A DNA stretch of 64,000 nucleotides from a virus, in IMG/VR virus record IMGVR_UViG_3300033412_000004, positions 1 through 64,000 of that record; one strand, 5' to 3'. A model generated the notes under the pieces. It saw nothing but the letters and a program-made list of their open reading frames with translations. It had not been told where the DNA came from and made no database searches. Below, one piece after another: positions 35,409 through 45,363 of this stretch. Within the stretch, counting starts at the first letter, position 1. Each line of letters begins with the position of its first letter. Made by a program: the position numbers and the translations under genes.

Positions 35409-38309
35409 ATGGCAGGTGAGTTCAAGACACTTGAGTCAATCTTCGAGATGCTATCGCCTGCCGACTTGGCAGGCAAGAAGAAGCTCAACCTGGGTGGCTC
35501 CGCAGACTCGTACAACGATCAGTTTGCGCTGCTAGCCAAGATCTTGGAGAACGATGGTCGTGGCGTACTGACCACGGCGGAGTTGAAGTCTGCGCTGGAA
35601 GAGGTCCAGACGAAAGGCAGCGCCGTCACTTCCAAGGAACTCAACCTGTTCTTTGACTTCTACAGCACCCAAGGCTTCCTGAGCTTCGCCGATCCGACGA
35701 TCAAGAAGGCGATCGGCAAGGACGGTAAGCCAAAGGACGTCTCCGATTTTCAGGAGATGGTCGGCAAAGACCTGAAGCTACCGGACAAGTTCGACGTGAT
35801 GTACATGTTGAGCCGGTCTCCGTTCTTCCACCCGTCTAAGCGGCACACGAAGCGAATTGAGACCTTCCTCAACGCGATGCCGTCGATCGTCATCGCTCAG
35901 ATGTCGCCGTACCTGGAAGTCGAATTTCAGGTCGCCAAGGACTCAAGCGATTACCTCCAGACGACGAGCCAGTTGAAGTTCCTGCTCGGAGCCGAGAAGA
36001 AGGAATCGTTGGAAGGCGCCAACAAGGCGATGTTGGAAGGCCAGTCCAACAAGAAGGACGACAAGGAATACGACTTCTTCGGCATGGAGATGTTCACGTC
36101 ACCGCAGACGCTGGTCAATCCCACGCCCAACGTCTCGCCAGGTTCATCGGACACCTTCATCGGTCGGTACACTGACGTCCTCGATCCGTTCCGGCCTTTT
36201 GCGTCTCTTGAGAGCGCAACGGTGACGGTGACTCCGGCCGTCGGCATGTACACCTACAAGAAGGCGCACTTGGTGATCAAGCTGCACGATCGGTCGCGCC
36301 TCGCTGAAATCAGTGACCTCATTCGCCCCAAGTCGTACTCCAATGTGACGGTCTGGTTGACGTATGGCTGGCGCGCGCCCCGGACGAACACCGATCCCGG
36401 CATGCTGACGTACACCGACTTCATCAACAACAACATGTTGATGCGGGAAGCGTACGGCGTCATCAACTCAAGCTTCAGCTTTGATCAGGTGGGACAGGTC
36501 ACCATCAACCTCGAGCTCTACACCAAAGGCGTGTCAGAGATGAGGACGATGAAAATCACTGACACTTTTGGCGATGCAGCGAAGACCGTCGAAGACATCA
36601 AGAAGTTGGCGGAAGACATTTCGCTCTATCGCAAGAAGCTGAAGTTGGACCCGCCCGAAGGCATCAACAAGGAGATTCGCGCGTACCAAGTGCTCGACGC
36701 TGCACAGGTCGGTGAGTTCCCCGACATGAAGCCGTCTGACGTCCATGCAGCCGTTGCTTCGTTGAGGTCAGCATTCTCCAAGAAGGGACAGCCCGATCCT
36801 GATGAGGTGAAGAAGCTGTTTGACTCGCTGGACAAGCTCTACGCATCCGACCAGAGCAAGACGAAGTTCAGCCTCAAGGATCGGATTGAGAATCAGGCGA
36901 CGGCGACCGTCAAGAAGAAGTTCGATGAGATGTTGACGGGTCCTGACCCGTTCCTGCCGTCGGAAGAGAAGAATGCCGGCGCTCAGAACGGCAAGGACCT
37001 GGCGACTGACCTCGCCAACGAGATCAAGAAGTACAACCAGGCTCCTCTCACCACTGTCAAGGCCTTCAAGCCCAAGGCGGTGTCGTTCGGCAAGTTGTTC
37101 AGCGTCTTTGCGACCGATTGCGTGGCCCACGCTGGCATCGTCGATGAGCTGCAGGTCTTCTTCTACGCGCTCAACAGCCAGTGCGGTCCAGTCAGCAGTC
37201 ACAGCATCGCTGAATTTCCGATCGACATGTCGACGTTCCTCGACCAGTACCGAGACCACATCGTCAAGCGCGGCGGTGAGCGCATCACCCTCGAGGAGTT
37301 CTTGGGCCTGGTCATCAACGCTCAGGTCCTCGACAACCGCGCCATCGGCTACGGCCTGCGCAGCGTCTACCAGCCGTACGATCCCAAGAACAAGGATGCT
37401 CAGGTCAAGAAGGACGGCGAGAAGGAGCTGGAGAACGCTCTCGCGGCGCAGTCCAAGAAGTACGGTGCCTTCAAGAAGCCCGTCATCGAGATGTACATCG
37501 AGACGTCGCACCAGCGTCCTAAGGAGGCGGGCGACTCAGACATCCTGCACGCCTTGGCATACTCAGCCAAGGATGCGACCCTCGTCGTCGATGATGAGTT
37601 GAAAGCCGGCAAGCTCCAACGCATCATGCGCATCCACATTTACGACAAGCAGGTGTCGCCGTCAGTTGCAGCGACTCAACTGCTGCGGTCGACGGGCGGC
37701 GGTGGCTTCCTGCAGGTTCCATCGACGGAGTACGCCAAGCAGTTCGTCAAGAGCGACATGACGGAGCTGCAGCAGTTCTTCGCAGCGATGAACATCGAGG
37801 CCGACACTGATCCCAAGACGGGCAACGTCAGGATGGCGTCGTTCACGACAGCGCGCCAGGTCAAGGACGCAGTGTCGCGTTTGATGCCGACGATCACCTA
37901 CGGCGCCAATGGTACCACTGTCATCTCAGCCAACCTGACATCGAAGGCAGATCCCCTGTTGAGCACCGTCAACATGCTGCGCAGCAACACTGTCAAGAAC
38001 ACCGCGGCGCCCAACGGCTCAGGTGAAGGCGGCATCCCGCTGCGCGTCATCCCGGCGGCGCTGACGATGACGACGTTGGGTTGTCCTTTGGCGACGATGG
38101 CCCAGCAGTACTTCATCGACTTCAACACCGGCACGTCGGTCGACAACCTCTACATCGTCACCGGCCTGACCCACACTTTTGCCGCAGGCAAGTACGAGAC
38201 CCAGTGGACGCTCGGTTACTCCGATGCGTACGGCGTCTTCGAAGGCGCGCCGAACATCCTCGACTACCTGAAGTCGATCTCGTCTGACATTCCCAAGAAG
38301 CCGAAGTAG
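35409..38309 (+). CDS. Baseplate hub-like large protein
   Basis: LTYGW, YGVINSSFSFD, C-terminal GCP..QQYFIDFNTGT..DNLYIVTGLTH..GKYET; position in the module. Confidence 0.58.
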   Translation: MAGEFKTLESIFEMLSPADLAGKKKLNLGGSADSYNDQFALLAKILENDGRGVLTTAELKSALEEVQTKGSAVTSKELNLFFDFYSTQGFLSFADPTIKKAIGKDGKPKDVSDFQEMVGKDLKLPDKFDVMYMLSRSPFFHPSKRHTKRIETFLNAMPSIVIAQMSPYLEVEFQVAKDSSDYLQTTSQLKFLLGAEKKESLEGANKAMLEGQSNKKDDKEYDFFGMEMFTSPQTLVNPTPNVSPGSSDTFIGRYTDVLDPFRPFASLESATVTVTPAVGMYTYKKAHLVIKLHDRSRLAEISDLIRPKSYSNVTVWLTYGWRAPRTNTDPGMLTYTDFINNNMLMREAYGVINSSFSFDQVGQVTINLELYTKGVSEMRTMKITDTFGDAAKTVEDIKKLAEDISLYRKKLKLDPPEGINKEIRAYQVLDAAQVGEFPDMKPSDVHAAVASLRSAFSKKGQPDPDEVKKLFDSLDKLYASDQSKTKFSLKDRIENQATATVKKKFDEMLTGPDPFLPSEEKNAGAQNGKDLATDLANEIKKYNQAPLTTVKAFKPKAVSFGKLFSVFATDCVAHAGIVDELQVFFYALNSQCGPVSSHSIAEFPIDMSTFLDQYRDHIVKRGGERITLEEFLGLVINAQVLDNRAIGYGLRSVYQPYDPKNKDAQVKKDGEKELENALAAQSKKYGAFKKPVIEMYIETSHQRPKEAGDSDILHALAYSAKDATLVVDDELKAGKLQRIMRIHIYDKQVSPSVAATQLLRSTGGGGFLQVPSTEYAKQFVKSDMTELQQFFAAMNIEADTDPKTGNVRMASFTTARQVKDAVSRLMPTITYGANGTTVISANLTSKADPLLSTVNMLRSNTVKNTAAPNGSGEGGIPLRVIPAALTMTTLGCPLATMAQQYFIDFNTGTSVDNLYIVTGLTHTFAAGKYETQWTLGYSDAYGVFEGAPNILDYLKSISSDIPKKPK

Positions 38310-38338
38310 TGTAGACGCCGCGCTGATCGGCGTATGAT
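38310..38338 (+). promoter_or_regulatory. Sigma70-like promoter at the start of the replication module
   Basis: TGTAGA-17-TATGAT, 6 nt before the GTG start. Confidence 0.5.
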
Positions 38339-38344
38339 CGGAGC

Positions 38345-39574
38345 GTGGTACGCTTTTGCATTGACGCTGACCTGCTGGGCACCGAACAGCACCTCGTCTG
38401 CAAAGGCGAGGACTTCACGTGGAAGTCGGCAGTTCCCGCCAACACGTGGCACCTGTCGGGTCAGATCAAGCGAGACTCGGACTGGTGCCTCGACACCCTA
38501 CTGCGCCTGGGCAACGTGACCGTCGACCTGCGACCTCCCCAGCGGTTCGTGACGGCGATGGAACCGCTGTTGTCGGGATCGAACTACCAGGGTCCGGTCC
38601 CCTGGCGCTTTGCCATGCCTGGGAAGACGCACCGTGACTTCGTGAGGGCCCTCGTGTCCCAAGTGGCTGTGGCCATGGATAGCCTGCCGACGAATTACTA
38701 CAGGGGCACCTGGGTGCCCGGAAACGGCATCCTTCGGTCCCTGCTCCCGGCACGGATCGATGTCCCGACCTGGCAGGGCCTGATGGACGCCAGGGTGGGT
38801 AACGTGGCCTCGGTCCAGAGCTTCAGGCCGGGCCCAGGAGGGTTCACTGACACGGTGCAGTATGACCGGTTTGGGGCGCTCACGGGACGCCTGACGGTCA
38901 CATCCGGGCCCATGATCCTGACCCTCAAGAAGGAGTACCGCGGCATCATCCAGCCGTCGTCCCAGGGAGGTGAAATCGTCATCATTGACTTCGCCGCGCT
39001 GGAAGCGAGGGTGTTGTTGTACGAGGCCGGCCGCCGGTGCGATGAACCCGACCTGTACGGCATGATCGCCAAGGAGTTGGGCTACGATCGGAAGGCCGTC
39101 AAGGGTGCCGTCCTTTGCGAGCTGTACGGCAGCAGCAAGTACACGTTGGGCCGGTTGTTGGGCATCAAAGAAAAGGAGCTCAACAGCTTCATGCGGCGCG
39201 TCAAGCAGCACTTCCAGACTGAGAAATTGCTGAAGCGCATCAAGGACGAGTTCATCAAGTCGGGCCGCTTCACCAACCGCTACGGTCGTCAGATCACCGT
39301 CGATGAACCGTTGGATCACGTCTTCATCAACTACTATGCGCAGTCATCCGGCGTTGACGTGGCACTGATGGGATTCTCCACGCTGGTGGAACAGATGAAG
39401 ACGGAGGCGCCCAGCGTCAGGCCTCTGTTCGTGCTCCACGACGGCCTATTCCTCGACGTGCCGAAGGAACACCTGCAGTACATCGACAATGTCAAGTCGG
39501 TCAAAGTCAAGGGGTACGTTCAGGCCTTTCCGCTCAGAACAGAACGCGTCCCACCGTGTACAACAGAAGGGTGA
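38345..39574 (+). CDS. Minimal family-A DNA polymerase (no exonuclease domains)
   Basis: TGRLT, motif A DFAALEARV, motif B RKAVKGAVLCELYG, NYYAQSSGVD, motif C LHDGL. Confidence 0.75.
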   Translation: MVRFCIDADLLGTEQHLVCKGEDFTWKSAVPANTWHLSGQIKRDSDWCLDTLLRLGNVTVDLRPPQRFVTAMEPLLSGSNYQGPVPWRFAMPGKTHRDFVRALVSQVAVAMDSLPTNYYRGTWVPGNGILRSLLPARIDVPTWQGLMDARVGNVASVQSFRPGPGGFTDTVQYDRFGALTGRLTVTSGPMILTLKKEYRGIIQPSSQGGEIVIIDFAALEARVLLYEAGRRCDEPDLYGMIAKELGYDRKAVKGAVLCELYGSSKYTLGRLLGIKEKELNSFMRRVKQHFQTEKLLKRIKDEFIKSGRFTNRYGRQITVDEPLDHVFINYYAQSSGVDVALMGFSTLVEQMKTEAPSVRPLFVLHDGLFLDVPKEHLQYIDNVKSVKVKGYVQAFPLRTERVPPCTTEG

Positions 39575-39589
39575 GAGGTAGGGTTCTAC

Positions 39590-40189
39590 ATGTCTCAAGA
39601 GCTGACGCCCGAGGAAATCGAGCAGAACTGGAACAAGTTCCGTTCACTGTGTGAGCGGCTGGGAGATCGTTCGGAAGCGGCGCTTCGGATGGTCGATTCT
39701 CTGGGTGAGCGCCTCGCGATCTGTCCGGCTTCGGGCAAGCGCGACTACCACAACTGCTTTCCGGGCGGCCTGGTCGACCATTCGCTCCGGGTCCTCGGCA
39801 ATGCGATGAGGTTGGCGAAGGCGTTCGGCTGGGAAATCCCCAAAGACTCGCTGATCATCGGCTGCCTGTTCCACGACCTGGGCAAGGTGGGCGACCACGA
39901 GAAGGACTACTACATCCCCCAGACCGACGGATGGCGGGCCGACAAGCTCGGTGAGCTCTACACCTACAACAAGGACATCCAGTACATGACGGTGCCCGAC
40001 CGCGGCATCTTCCTGTGCCAGCACTTCGGTCTCCAGTTGAAGCGTGAGGAGCTCCTGGCGATTCGCCTGAATGACGGTCAGTACTCCGACGACAACGGCT
40101 CATACAAGCTCAAGGAGCCGATGCTAGCCGACGTCGTGCACATGGCAGATCTCATCTCGACGAAGCAAGAGAAGGGAATTTTGCCCTAG
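39590..40189 (+). CDS. HD-domain phosphohydrolase
   Basis: YH..FPGGLVDHSLRV, LFHDLGK, HMAD. Confidence 0.85.
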   Translation: MSQELTPEEIEQNWNKFRSLCERLGDRSEAALRMVDSLGERLAICPASGKRDYHNCFPGGLVDHSLRVLGNAMRLAKAFGWEIPKDSLIIGCLFHDLGKVGDHEKDYYIPQTDGWRADKLGELYTYNKDIQYMTVPDRGIFLCQHFGLQLKREELLAIRLNDGQYSDDNGSYKLKEPMLADVVHMADLISTKQEKGILP

Positions 40190-40207
40190 TCGAGGATACT
40201 TAGATCC

Positions 40208-40444
40208 ATGAGCAAAACGCTGCTCATGCGGTATATTCGATTGACGTTGGATGAGGCGCACCTGGCAAGGGTGCCGCAGCAGCTGATGTCGCCCACGGAT
40301 TCGGAAGAAGGTTCAGAGGATGAGGCTGAGAACGTACAAGAGTTCTCCGGTGTCGGAGCGATCATGGGCTACAGTGCCCCGCTCGGCATGGATCTCGACA
40401 AGCTTGGACGCAAAAAGAACGCGTCGCGTCGGAAGCGGAAGTAA
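40208..40444 (+). CDS. Small late protein with degenerate targeting helix
   Basis: MSKTLLMRYIRLTLDE; TACTTA 5 nt upstream. Confidence 0.55.
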   Translation: MSKTLLMRYIRLTLDEAHLARVPQQLMSPTDSEEGSEDEAENVQEFSGVGAIMGYSAPLGMDLDKLGRKKNASRRKRK

Positions 40445-40599
40445 CTCAAACCACCGCATGTTCTGCGCAGTTGGTAGGGAATTGTACGTTCACGCCACCG
40501 TGAACTTTGCATAGGCTTCGCAGTACGTTGCTAGAACTGCGCAGGTGCAGTTCAATGACGCGTCCTGCAAGGTAAGGAAAAAGGAAAGAGGAAAGCAAA

Positions 40600-41505
40600 A
40601 TGGCAGTAGATCTCGAGGCGATCCGTCGCCGTGTTCAGGAACTCAGTGGCAACCGCCGCAACTCGAACGTCCAGCTGTGGAAGCCGGGCGTGGGTGAGTA
40701 CAAGGTCCGTGGTCTTCCGTGGAAGAACGCTCCCGAAGGCCAACCGTTCATCGAGCGTTGGTTCTACTACATCGGCAACGGCCCGGGCATCCTGGCGCCG
40801 CACCAGTTCGGCAAGCCGGACCCGATCAAGAACCTCATCAACAAGCTGTACAGCTCGGGCAAGCCGGATGACCGGCTCCTCGCCAAGAAGCTGCAGCCGA
40901 AAATGCGTGCCTACATGCCCGTCATCGTTCGCGGTGAAGAGGCGAAGGGCGTCCAGGTCTGGAGCTTCGGCAAGCAGATCTACCAGAAGTTGCTCGGCTA
41001 CTTCCTCAACGAGGAGGTGGGTGACATCCTCGATCCGTCCGAGGGCTTCGACATCAACGTCAGCATCAAGCAGCAGGCTGGCAAGCAGTTCATGGACACC
41101 GAGGCTGAGGCCGCCCGTCGGCCGAGCAAGCTGTCCAACGACGGCGAGGCCGCGAAGAAGTGGCTCGACGGCGTGCCCAACATCGACGACATGTACCGTC
41201 TGAAGACGGAGCAGGAGATCGAGACCATCCTCAACAACTGGCTCAACGGCGGTGACGCTGTGGCTGAGGCGTCGGATGGCACGGCTCGCGGCGCCGACAA
41301 GGGCACCGATGAGCTCGACAAGCTCGTCAACGAGGTGAAGGCGGAAACCAAGCCGTCTGCTCCGACGGCCGAGGCTGCGCCTGCGAAGGCGAACGGCCGC
41401 AAGGCGAAGAAGGCTGCGGATGTCGACATGGACGAAGAGGCACCGAAGGGTGACACCAAGAAGGACCTCGACGCTGCGTTCGACGAACTGATGCAGGACG
41501 ACTGA
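40600..41505 (+). CDS. Single-stranded DNA-binding protein (gp32-like)
   Basis: WKP..VRGLP..PFIE..FYY..DPI..VIVRGEE..VQVWSFGKQIY..DP.EGFD core; acidic tail LDAAFDELMQDD. Confidence 0.82.
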   Translation: MAVDLEAIRRRVQELSGNRRNSNVQLWKPGVGEYKVRGLPWKNAPEGQPFIERWFYYIGNGPGILAPHQFGKPDPIKNLINKLYSSGKPDDRLLAKKLQPKMRAYMPVIVRGEEAKGVQVWSFGKQIYQKLLGYFLNEEVGDILDPSEGFDINVSIKQQAGKQFMDTEAEAARRPSKLSNDGEAAKKWLDGVPNIDDMYRLKTEQEIETILNNWLNGGDAVAEASDGTARGADKGTDELDKLVNEVKAETKPSAPTAEAAPAKANGRKAKKAADVDMDEEAPKGDTKKDLDAAFDELMQDD

Positions 41506-41514
41506 GGGTAACAC

Positions 41515-42762
41515 ATGGCAAAGGCGACAACCAAAGTCGCCCCTGCCGACTCAGTTGAGAAATCCAAGAAGGGGGCCGCCGAGGTCGATGACCTGACGGT
41601 GACCCTCATCAAGGATCTCAACAAAGAGTTCGGTATGAGGGTGGCGTACAACCTGAGCGAATCCGAAGCACCCACTATCGTCAAGCGGTGGGTCGACAGC
41701 GGTAGCATCCAACTCAACTACGCCATCCGCAACGCCATGGGAGGTGGCTATCCGGAGGGGCGAATCATCGAAATTTCGGGATTGCCCTCATCGGGCAAGT
41801 CGCACTTGGCGTACCATGCCGCAGCCGTCGTCCAGGCGATGGGTGGCCTGGTCGTCTACATCGACACCGAGAACGCGACTCCTGTCGACAAGCTGCGAAC
41901 GATGGGCATCGACGTCAAGAAGCGCTTCGTCTACTGTGACACCCACTGTACCGAAGAGGTCTTCAAGATCGTCGAATCGACCATCCTCAAGGCGAAGCAG
42001 GTCGCCAGTAAGGACATCCCGATCCTCGTGATCTGGGACTCCGTCGCGGCATCCTCTCCGAAGCAGGAGCTGGAGGGCGACTACGACGAGAACACTGTCG
42101 GTCTGCAGGCCCGCGTCATCAGCAAGGGCATGCGCAAAGTGACCGGCGTCGTCGGTCAGAACAACGTCACCCTCGTCTGCCTCAACCAGCTCCGCGAAAA
42201 GATCGGAGTCATGCACGGTGACCCGCTCACCACGCCGGGCGGCAAGGCGATCCCATTCCATGCCAGCGTTCGAGTCCGCTTGGGCTCTGGTTCGCCGGTC
42301 AAGGACAACAAGGGCAACATCATCGGCATCCACGTGACGGTGTCGATCAAGAAGAACAAGGTCGGTCCGCCTTTCAGGAAGTGCGAGTTCGACATCATCT
42401 TCGGCCGAGGAATCGTCGAACACGAGTTCATCTTCGATGAGGTTCGTTCCTTCTGCGATAAGAACAAGGTCATCATGGACCACGTCGACGCGAAGGGCAA
42501 CAAGACGCAGGTCGAGGTCAAGATCGCTGGCACGTCGTCGTGGAAGGAGCTCATCGTCAGTGACGTGACGACGGGCGAAGTCTACGCCGAGAAGAAGTTC
42601 TACAAGAGCGACTTCGACAGCATCATGAAGGACCCGCAGTACAAGGTTTTCGTCGACAAGGCCATCGATGCGGCGTACACCACTGACACTGGCGGCGAAC
42701 CCGCTAGCGAAGGTGAGTCGCCCGACGATGATGAAGATGACGAGGGCTTGGCCGATGACTGA
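41515..42762 (+). CDS. recA: RecA/UvsX recombinase
   Basis: GGYPEGRIIEISGLPSSGKS, YIDTENA, WDSVAA, NQLREKIG, PGGKAIPFHASVR, KKNKVGPPF. Confidence 0.92.
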   Translation: MAKATTKVAPADSVEKSKKGAAEVDDLTVTLIKDLNKEFGMRVAYNLSESEAPTIVKRWVDSGSIQLNYAIRNAMGGGYPEGRIIEISGLPSSGKSHLAYHAAAVVQAMGGLVVYIDTENATPVDKLRTMGIDVKKRFVYCDTHCTEEVFKIVESTILKAKQVASKDIPILVIWDSVAASSPKQELEGDYDENTVGLQARVISKGMRKVTGVVGQNNVTLVCLNQLREKIGVMHGDPLTTPGGKAIPFHASVRVRLGSGSPVKDNKGNIIGIHVTVSIKKNKVGPPFRKCEFDIIFGRGIVEHEFIFDEVRSFCDKNKVIMDHVDAKGNKTQVEVKIAGTSSWKELIVSDVTTGEVYAEKKFYKSDFDSIMKDPQYKVFVDKAIDAAYTTDTGGEPASEGESPDDDEDDEGLADD

Positions 42763-43195
42763 CGTCAAGGTCAAGGTCAAAAAGAAGGACAAGGAGCTGC
42801 CGACCCCCGCCTACAAGACGGTGGGGGCGGCTGGCGCCGATGTCTGCTCGGCCGAAGACGTCACCATTCGCACGGGTGGGCGCTGTCTGGTCAGCACGGG
42901 CCTGTACCTTGAAGTGCCGCCGGGCTACGAGTGTCAGATCCGACCTCGATCGGGCCTGGCGCTGTCACACGGCATCACCGTCCTCAACGCTCCAGGCACG
43001 TTGGACTCCGACTACCGCGGCGAACTGGGCGTGTTGCTGTTCAACACATCAACCAGCGACTACAAGATCCGAAAGGGTGAGCGCATCGCCCAGATCGTCA
43101 TCGCACCAGTTGTTCAAGCCGTCTTCGAAGACGTTGAAGAGCTGAGCATCACTGACCGGGGCGCCGGTGGATTCGGGTCGACGGGCAGGGCGTGA
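42755..43195 (+). CDS. dut: Trimeric dUTPase
   Basis: AGAD, RPRSGLA, GTLDSDYRGE, GERIAQ, RGAGGFGSTG. Confidence 0.95.
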   Translation: MTDVKVKVKKKDKELPTPAYKTVGAAGADVCSAEDVTIRTGGRCLVSTGLYLEVPPGYECQIRPRSGLALSHGITVLNAPGTLDSDYRGELGVLLFNTSTSDYKIRKGERIAQIVIAPVVQAVFEDVEELSITDRGAGGFGSTGRA

Positions 43196-43196
43196 C

Positions 43197-43568
43197 ATGG
43201 ACTTCACCGTTGAGTGGAAGGTGTCATCGAACGTCGAAAAGTTGGTCGATGCCGTCAACGAGTGCAAGCAGGGGCTGACCAACGGCACCTTCGGCAAGTA
43301 CGGTAGGGCGAAGCTACTGTCCTGTGACGTCTACGCCTCACCCAAAGTGATCGAACTGTTCGAATTGTCGGCACTATGGTCGCCATCCACTGAATTTTCT
43401 GAGGACGACCTGAGGGCAAAGAACGTATCTGAGCCCGTTGCCAACTTTGAACTGTTCAGGCTACACCGTCATCAGATCATGAGCGATGATACGGTGAGAC
43501 TCGTCTGCAACTATGACGTCATGGACGGCGTCGACAAGACGATGTACGGCAACGTCAGGCTTGTCTAG
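43197..43568 (+). CDS. Hypothetical protein
   Basis: 123-aa ORF directly after dut. Confidence 0.5.
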   Translation: MDFTVEWKVSSNVEKLVDAVNECKQGLTNGTFGKYGRAKLLSCDVYASPKVIELFELSALWSPSTEFSEDDLRAKNVSEPVANFELFRLHRHQIMSDDTVRLVCNYDVMDGVDKTMYGNVRLV

Positions 43569-43569
43569 C

Positions 43570-44337
43570 CTACGCAGTTTTCTTGGCGCGATCAGGAACG
43601 GTCGACATGTCACCCGAGTCCTTCTTGGGTCCGATGTTGGCCGTTTTTGCATTTGCAGCGTTGGTTGCGCCTGGCTTGACAGTCGCGGCGTCGGGCGGTG
43701 CTGTCTTGCGAGCCCGGTCCTGCGAGTAGTGCTTCTCAAAGACCTCACCGGTGAAGCCGTAGTCCAACAGGACGACACGCCCATCGGCAGACTTGCCCCA
43801 GTGGGTGATTTCTTTGATGTCGCCGAACATGAGGTCGTTGGCCTTCATCGTTGCCGCCATCGCTTGAGCCATCTCAGACGGATCTTCGACGGGTTCACCT
43901 TTGAACAAGGCTTTGACCTCTTTGATGAAGGTCGTCCAATCGAGCCCAGTTGCGTCAGCGAATTCTTTCTCGTTCTTCAGCTCTCGAACGGCGTCAGAGA
44001 TGACCCATTTGTTGTCAGGATCGGCCTTGTGCACCCTGGCGATGATCGCCTTGGTCTCCGGGTTAGTGGCAACTTGGACTTCAGTCTCGTTCTGCGCGAT
44101 TCCCTTGTTATTGATCGCGATCTTCAGCACGTACCGCGACGAGAAGACGTAGGCGGCGCGGGAGGACCCTTGGCCCAGCTTCTGGAGGAAGGAGTCCGCG
44201 TACGCCAGGAGCATGTTCGGGTTGTCGAGCGATTCGAACTTCTTCATGTTGAACTTGTCGCCGAAGGCACTGCCTTTCTTGGTCGACCGGATCTCTCCCA
44301 CCAACATGGAGATGTACTCGCGCAGCACGCTGCTCAT
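43570..44337 (-). CDS. Protein-kinase-like protein with N-terminal targeting-like helix
   Basis: LGQGSSRAAY Gly loop, VLKIA, QNETE, DIKEITHWG, VLLDYG; N-terminus MSSVLREYISMLVGE; TACTTA 5 nt upstream on the - strand. Confidence 0.65.
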   Translation of the reverse strand: MSSVLREYISMLVGEIRSTKKGSAFGDKFNMKKFESLDNPNMLLAYADSFLQKLGQGSSRAAYVFSSRYVLKIAINNKGIAQNETEVQVATNPETKAIIARVHKADPDNKWVISDAVRELKNEKEFADATGLDWTTFIKEVKALFKGEPVEDPSEMAQAMAATMKANDLMFGDIKEITHWGKSADGRVVLLDYGFTGEVFEKHYSQDRARKTAPPDAATVKPGATNAANAKTANIGPKKDSGDMSTVPDRAKKTA

Positions 44338-44342
44338 TCAGC

Positions 44343-44348
44343 TAAGTA
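44343..44348 (-). promoter_or_regulatory. Late-type promoter box for the inverted kinase gene
   Basis: TACTTA-5nt-ATG on the - strand. Confidence 0.55.
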
Positions 44349-44392
44349 GGCTCTCATGTACTGTGCTACAGATCAGAAGTACCCTTAACACC

Positions 44393-45355
44393 ATGTCACC
44401 ACCGCGTCCAGTCCTCATCGTTGACGCGATGAACCTCTTCGTTCGCTCCTATTCTGCATACCCCACGATGTCATCTCACGGGTACCAGATGGGCGGGGCC
44501 ATCGGCTTCCTGAAGACCCTGCGACGGATCGTGTCGGAGTGCTCCCCCAGCGCTGTCTATGTGGCCTGGGAAGGCGGTGGTTCATCGAGACGGCGGGCCT
44601 TGTTCAGCGAGTACAAGCTGAACCGCAGGCCCGAGAAATTGAACCGCTTCTACGAGGACGACATCCCAGACACCGAGGAGAACCGCAGGCACCAACAGAT
44701 TGCCCTGCTGGCGATGATCAAGTGTGCTCCAGTCTGTCAGCTGTATGCGTCTGACTGTGAAGGTGACGACGTCATCGCCTACCTATGCCGCGGTCCGATG
44801 AGAGGCTCACCCAAAATCATCGTGTCATCGGACAAGGATTTGTACCAGCTGCTCGACGAAGACACCAAGCTGTACAGCCTGCACAAGAAGACGTACGTCA
44901 CGCCGGTAGAGGTGATGGAAGAGTTCCGAGTTCAGTCGAAGAACTTCGCCCTCGCCAAAGCGCTGTGTGGCGACAATTCTGACAACGTGCCTGGCGTCAA
45001 GGGCCTCGGCTTCAAGACAGTCGCCAAGTTGTTCCCGTTCCTCGGCCAACCAGAAGGTGATGTCGTGCTGCAGGATGTGTTCGACTACTGCCACACCCAT
45101 GCCGATGAGAGCGTCATCTATCGGCGGGTCCTCGAGCACGAAGAAGAGGTGAAACGCAACTGGCGTTTGGTGTACCTTGACGGATCCATGCTTTCCGCGC
45201 AACAGGCTGCGAAGATTGACCACGCAGTTCAGGCGTTTTCGCCCCACGTGGACAGAATCGGCATGGTCAAACAGATGATCAAAGAGGGCGTCAACGATTT
45301 TGACGTTGAGAACTTCTTCTACGCCTTCCACTGCATTGAAGGCCTCAGCTTCTGA
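44393..45355 (+). CDS. 5'-3' exonuclease / flap endonuclease
   Basis: LIVDAMN, YKLNR, EGDDVIAY, SSDKDLYQL, GDNSDNVPGVKGLGFKT. Confidence 0.92.
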   Translation: MSPPRPVLIVDAMNLFVRSYSAYPTMSSHGYQMGGAIGFLKTLRRIVSECSPSAVYVAWEGGGSSRRRALFSEYKLNRRPEKLNRFYEDDIPDTEENRRHQQIALLAMIKCAPVCQLYASDCEGDDVIAYLCRGPMRGSPKIIVSSDKDLYQLLDEDTKLYSLHKKTYVTPVEVMEEFRVQSKNFALAKALCGDNSDNVPGVKGLGFKTVAKLFPFLGQPEGDVVLQDVFDYCHTHADESVIYRRVLEHEEEVKRNWRLVYLDGSMLSAQQAAKIDHAVQAFSPHVDRIGMVKQMIKEGVNDFDVENFFYAFHCIEGLSF

Positions 45356-45363
45356 CAGGAGAA

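Noticed and set aside
16011-38309. Bacterial contractile injection system (eCIS/T6SS) instead of a phage tail
   Set aside because: Neck proteins, a 1700-aa TMP and an adjacent phage-type replication module indicate a virus, although capsid and terminase genes lie outside the window.
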